Below are positions 63,595 through 64,000 of a DNA stretch of 64,000 nucleotides, in pieces. Positions within the stretch are counted from its first letter, which is position 1. Every line of letters starts with the position of its first letter. Where the stretch lies: assembly GCA_964016885.1 (NCBI GenBank), contig OZ024740.1, positions 177,940,001 through 178,004,000 on the forward strand, given 5' to 3'. Source of the stretch: Eledone cirrhosa. Lineage: Eukaryota. A model generated the notes under the pieces. It was not told the DNA's origin. It ran no database searches and saw nothing but the letters and a program-made list of their open reading frames with translations. A program made the position numbers and the translations under genes.

Positions 63595-64000
63595 TAGACA
63601 ATCACCATTTTTTATTTCAGTATAAATATGTATTATATACAGATAAATAAGGGATGTAATTACGTACTCATTATTCGAATTATTTCCCTTGAACGTTTTA
63701 ATGCATGTGTGTTTGAGAAAATAGGAAGAAATTAGTAGTGTGTGAGAGAGTCAGAGAGAAGATAATGAATTTCAAATTAAAGTAAAACCATCTGAAAATT
63801 AGACTTAAAACAATAAAACTAACATATTTGTGTGAACAAATAAAAATAAACTAACAGCCTTCCTGTTTTAAAACAACAGGGCATGATATAAGAGAGATTT
63901 TAATGTTAATCCTAGCAGGTCGAACCACGTTGTTCAAGAGTCAACGCATACGCTGCTTGATTTCAGAACAATTCGAAAAAAAAGTTAACATGGGAGGTAA

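Overview
AT-rich, microsatellite-laden animal genomic DNA, most likely from a coleoid cephalopod/octopod (inferred from the SINE and LINE repertoire). The whole window lies inside one minus-strand host gene, CFAP47 (cilia- and flagella-associated protein 47). I reconstructed 19 phase-consistent GT-AG exons (60995 down to 8810; 2929 nt, about 976 codons, including the calponin-homology-like region) plus one tentative upstream exon; the gene runs off both ends. The introns are full of non-LTR retrotransposons: two full-length, decayed Tx1 LINEs, a CR1 LINE, young RTE LINEs of two subfamilies, R4/Dong-like and CRE-like RLE fragments, a decayed Penelope-like element, many tRNA-derived SINEs and a piggyBac-type MITE. 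Best leads: (i) hammerhead-ribozyme-like cores in three short inserts in (TA)n tracts, one duplicated as a perfect 150-bp inverted repeat; (ii) a PHD-type C4HC3 finger inside the RTE reverse transcriptase; (iii) a tandem hairpin/pseudoknot array in the RTE 3' UTR; (iv) a ~2.45-kb-arm tail-to-tail RTE inverted repeat in one intron; (v) an identical U1-site motif just before ORF2 in two divergent Tx1 families. All family calls come from recognising motifs by eye; no searches were run, and repeat boundaries are approximate unless a TSD is quoted.
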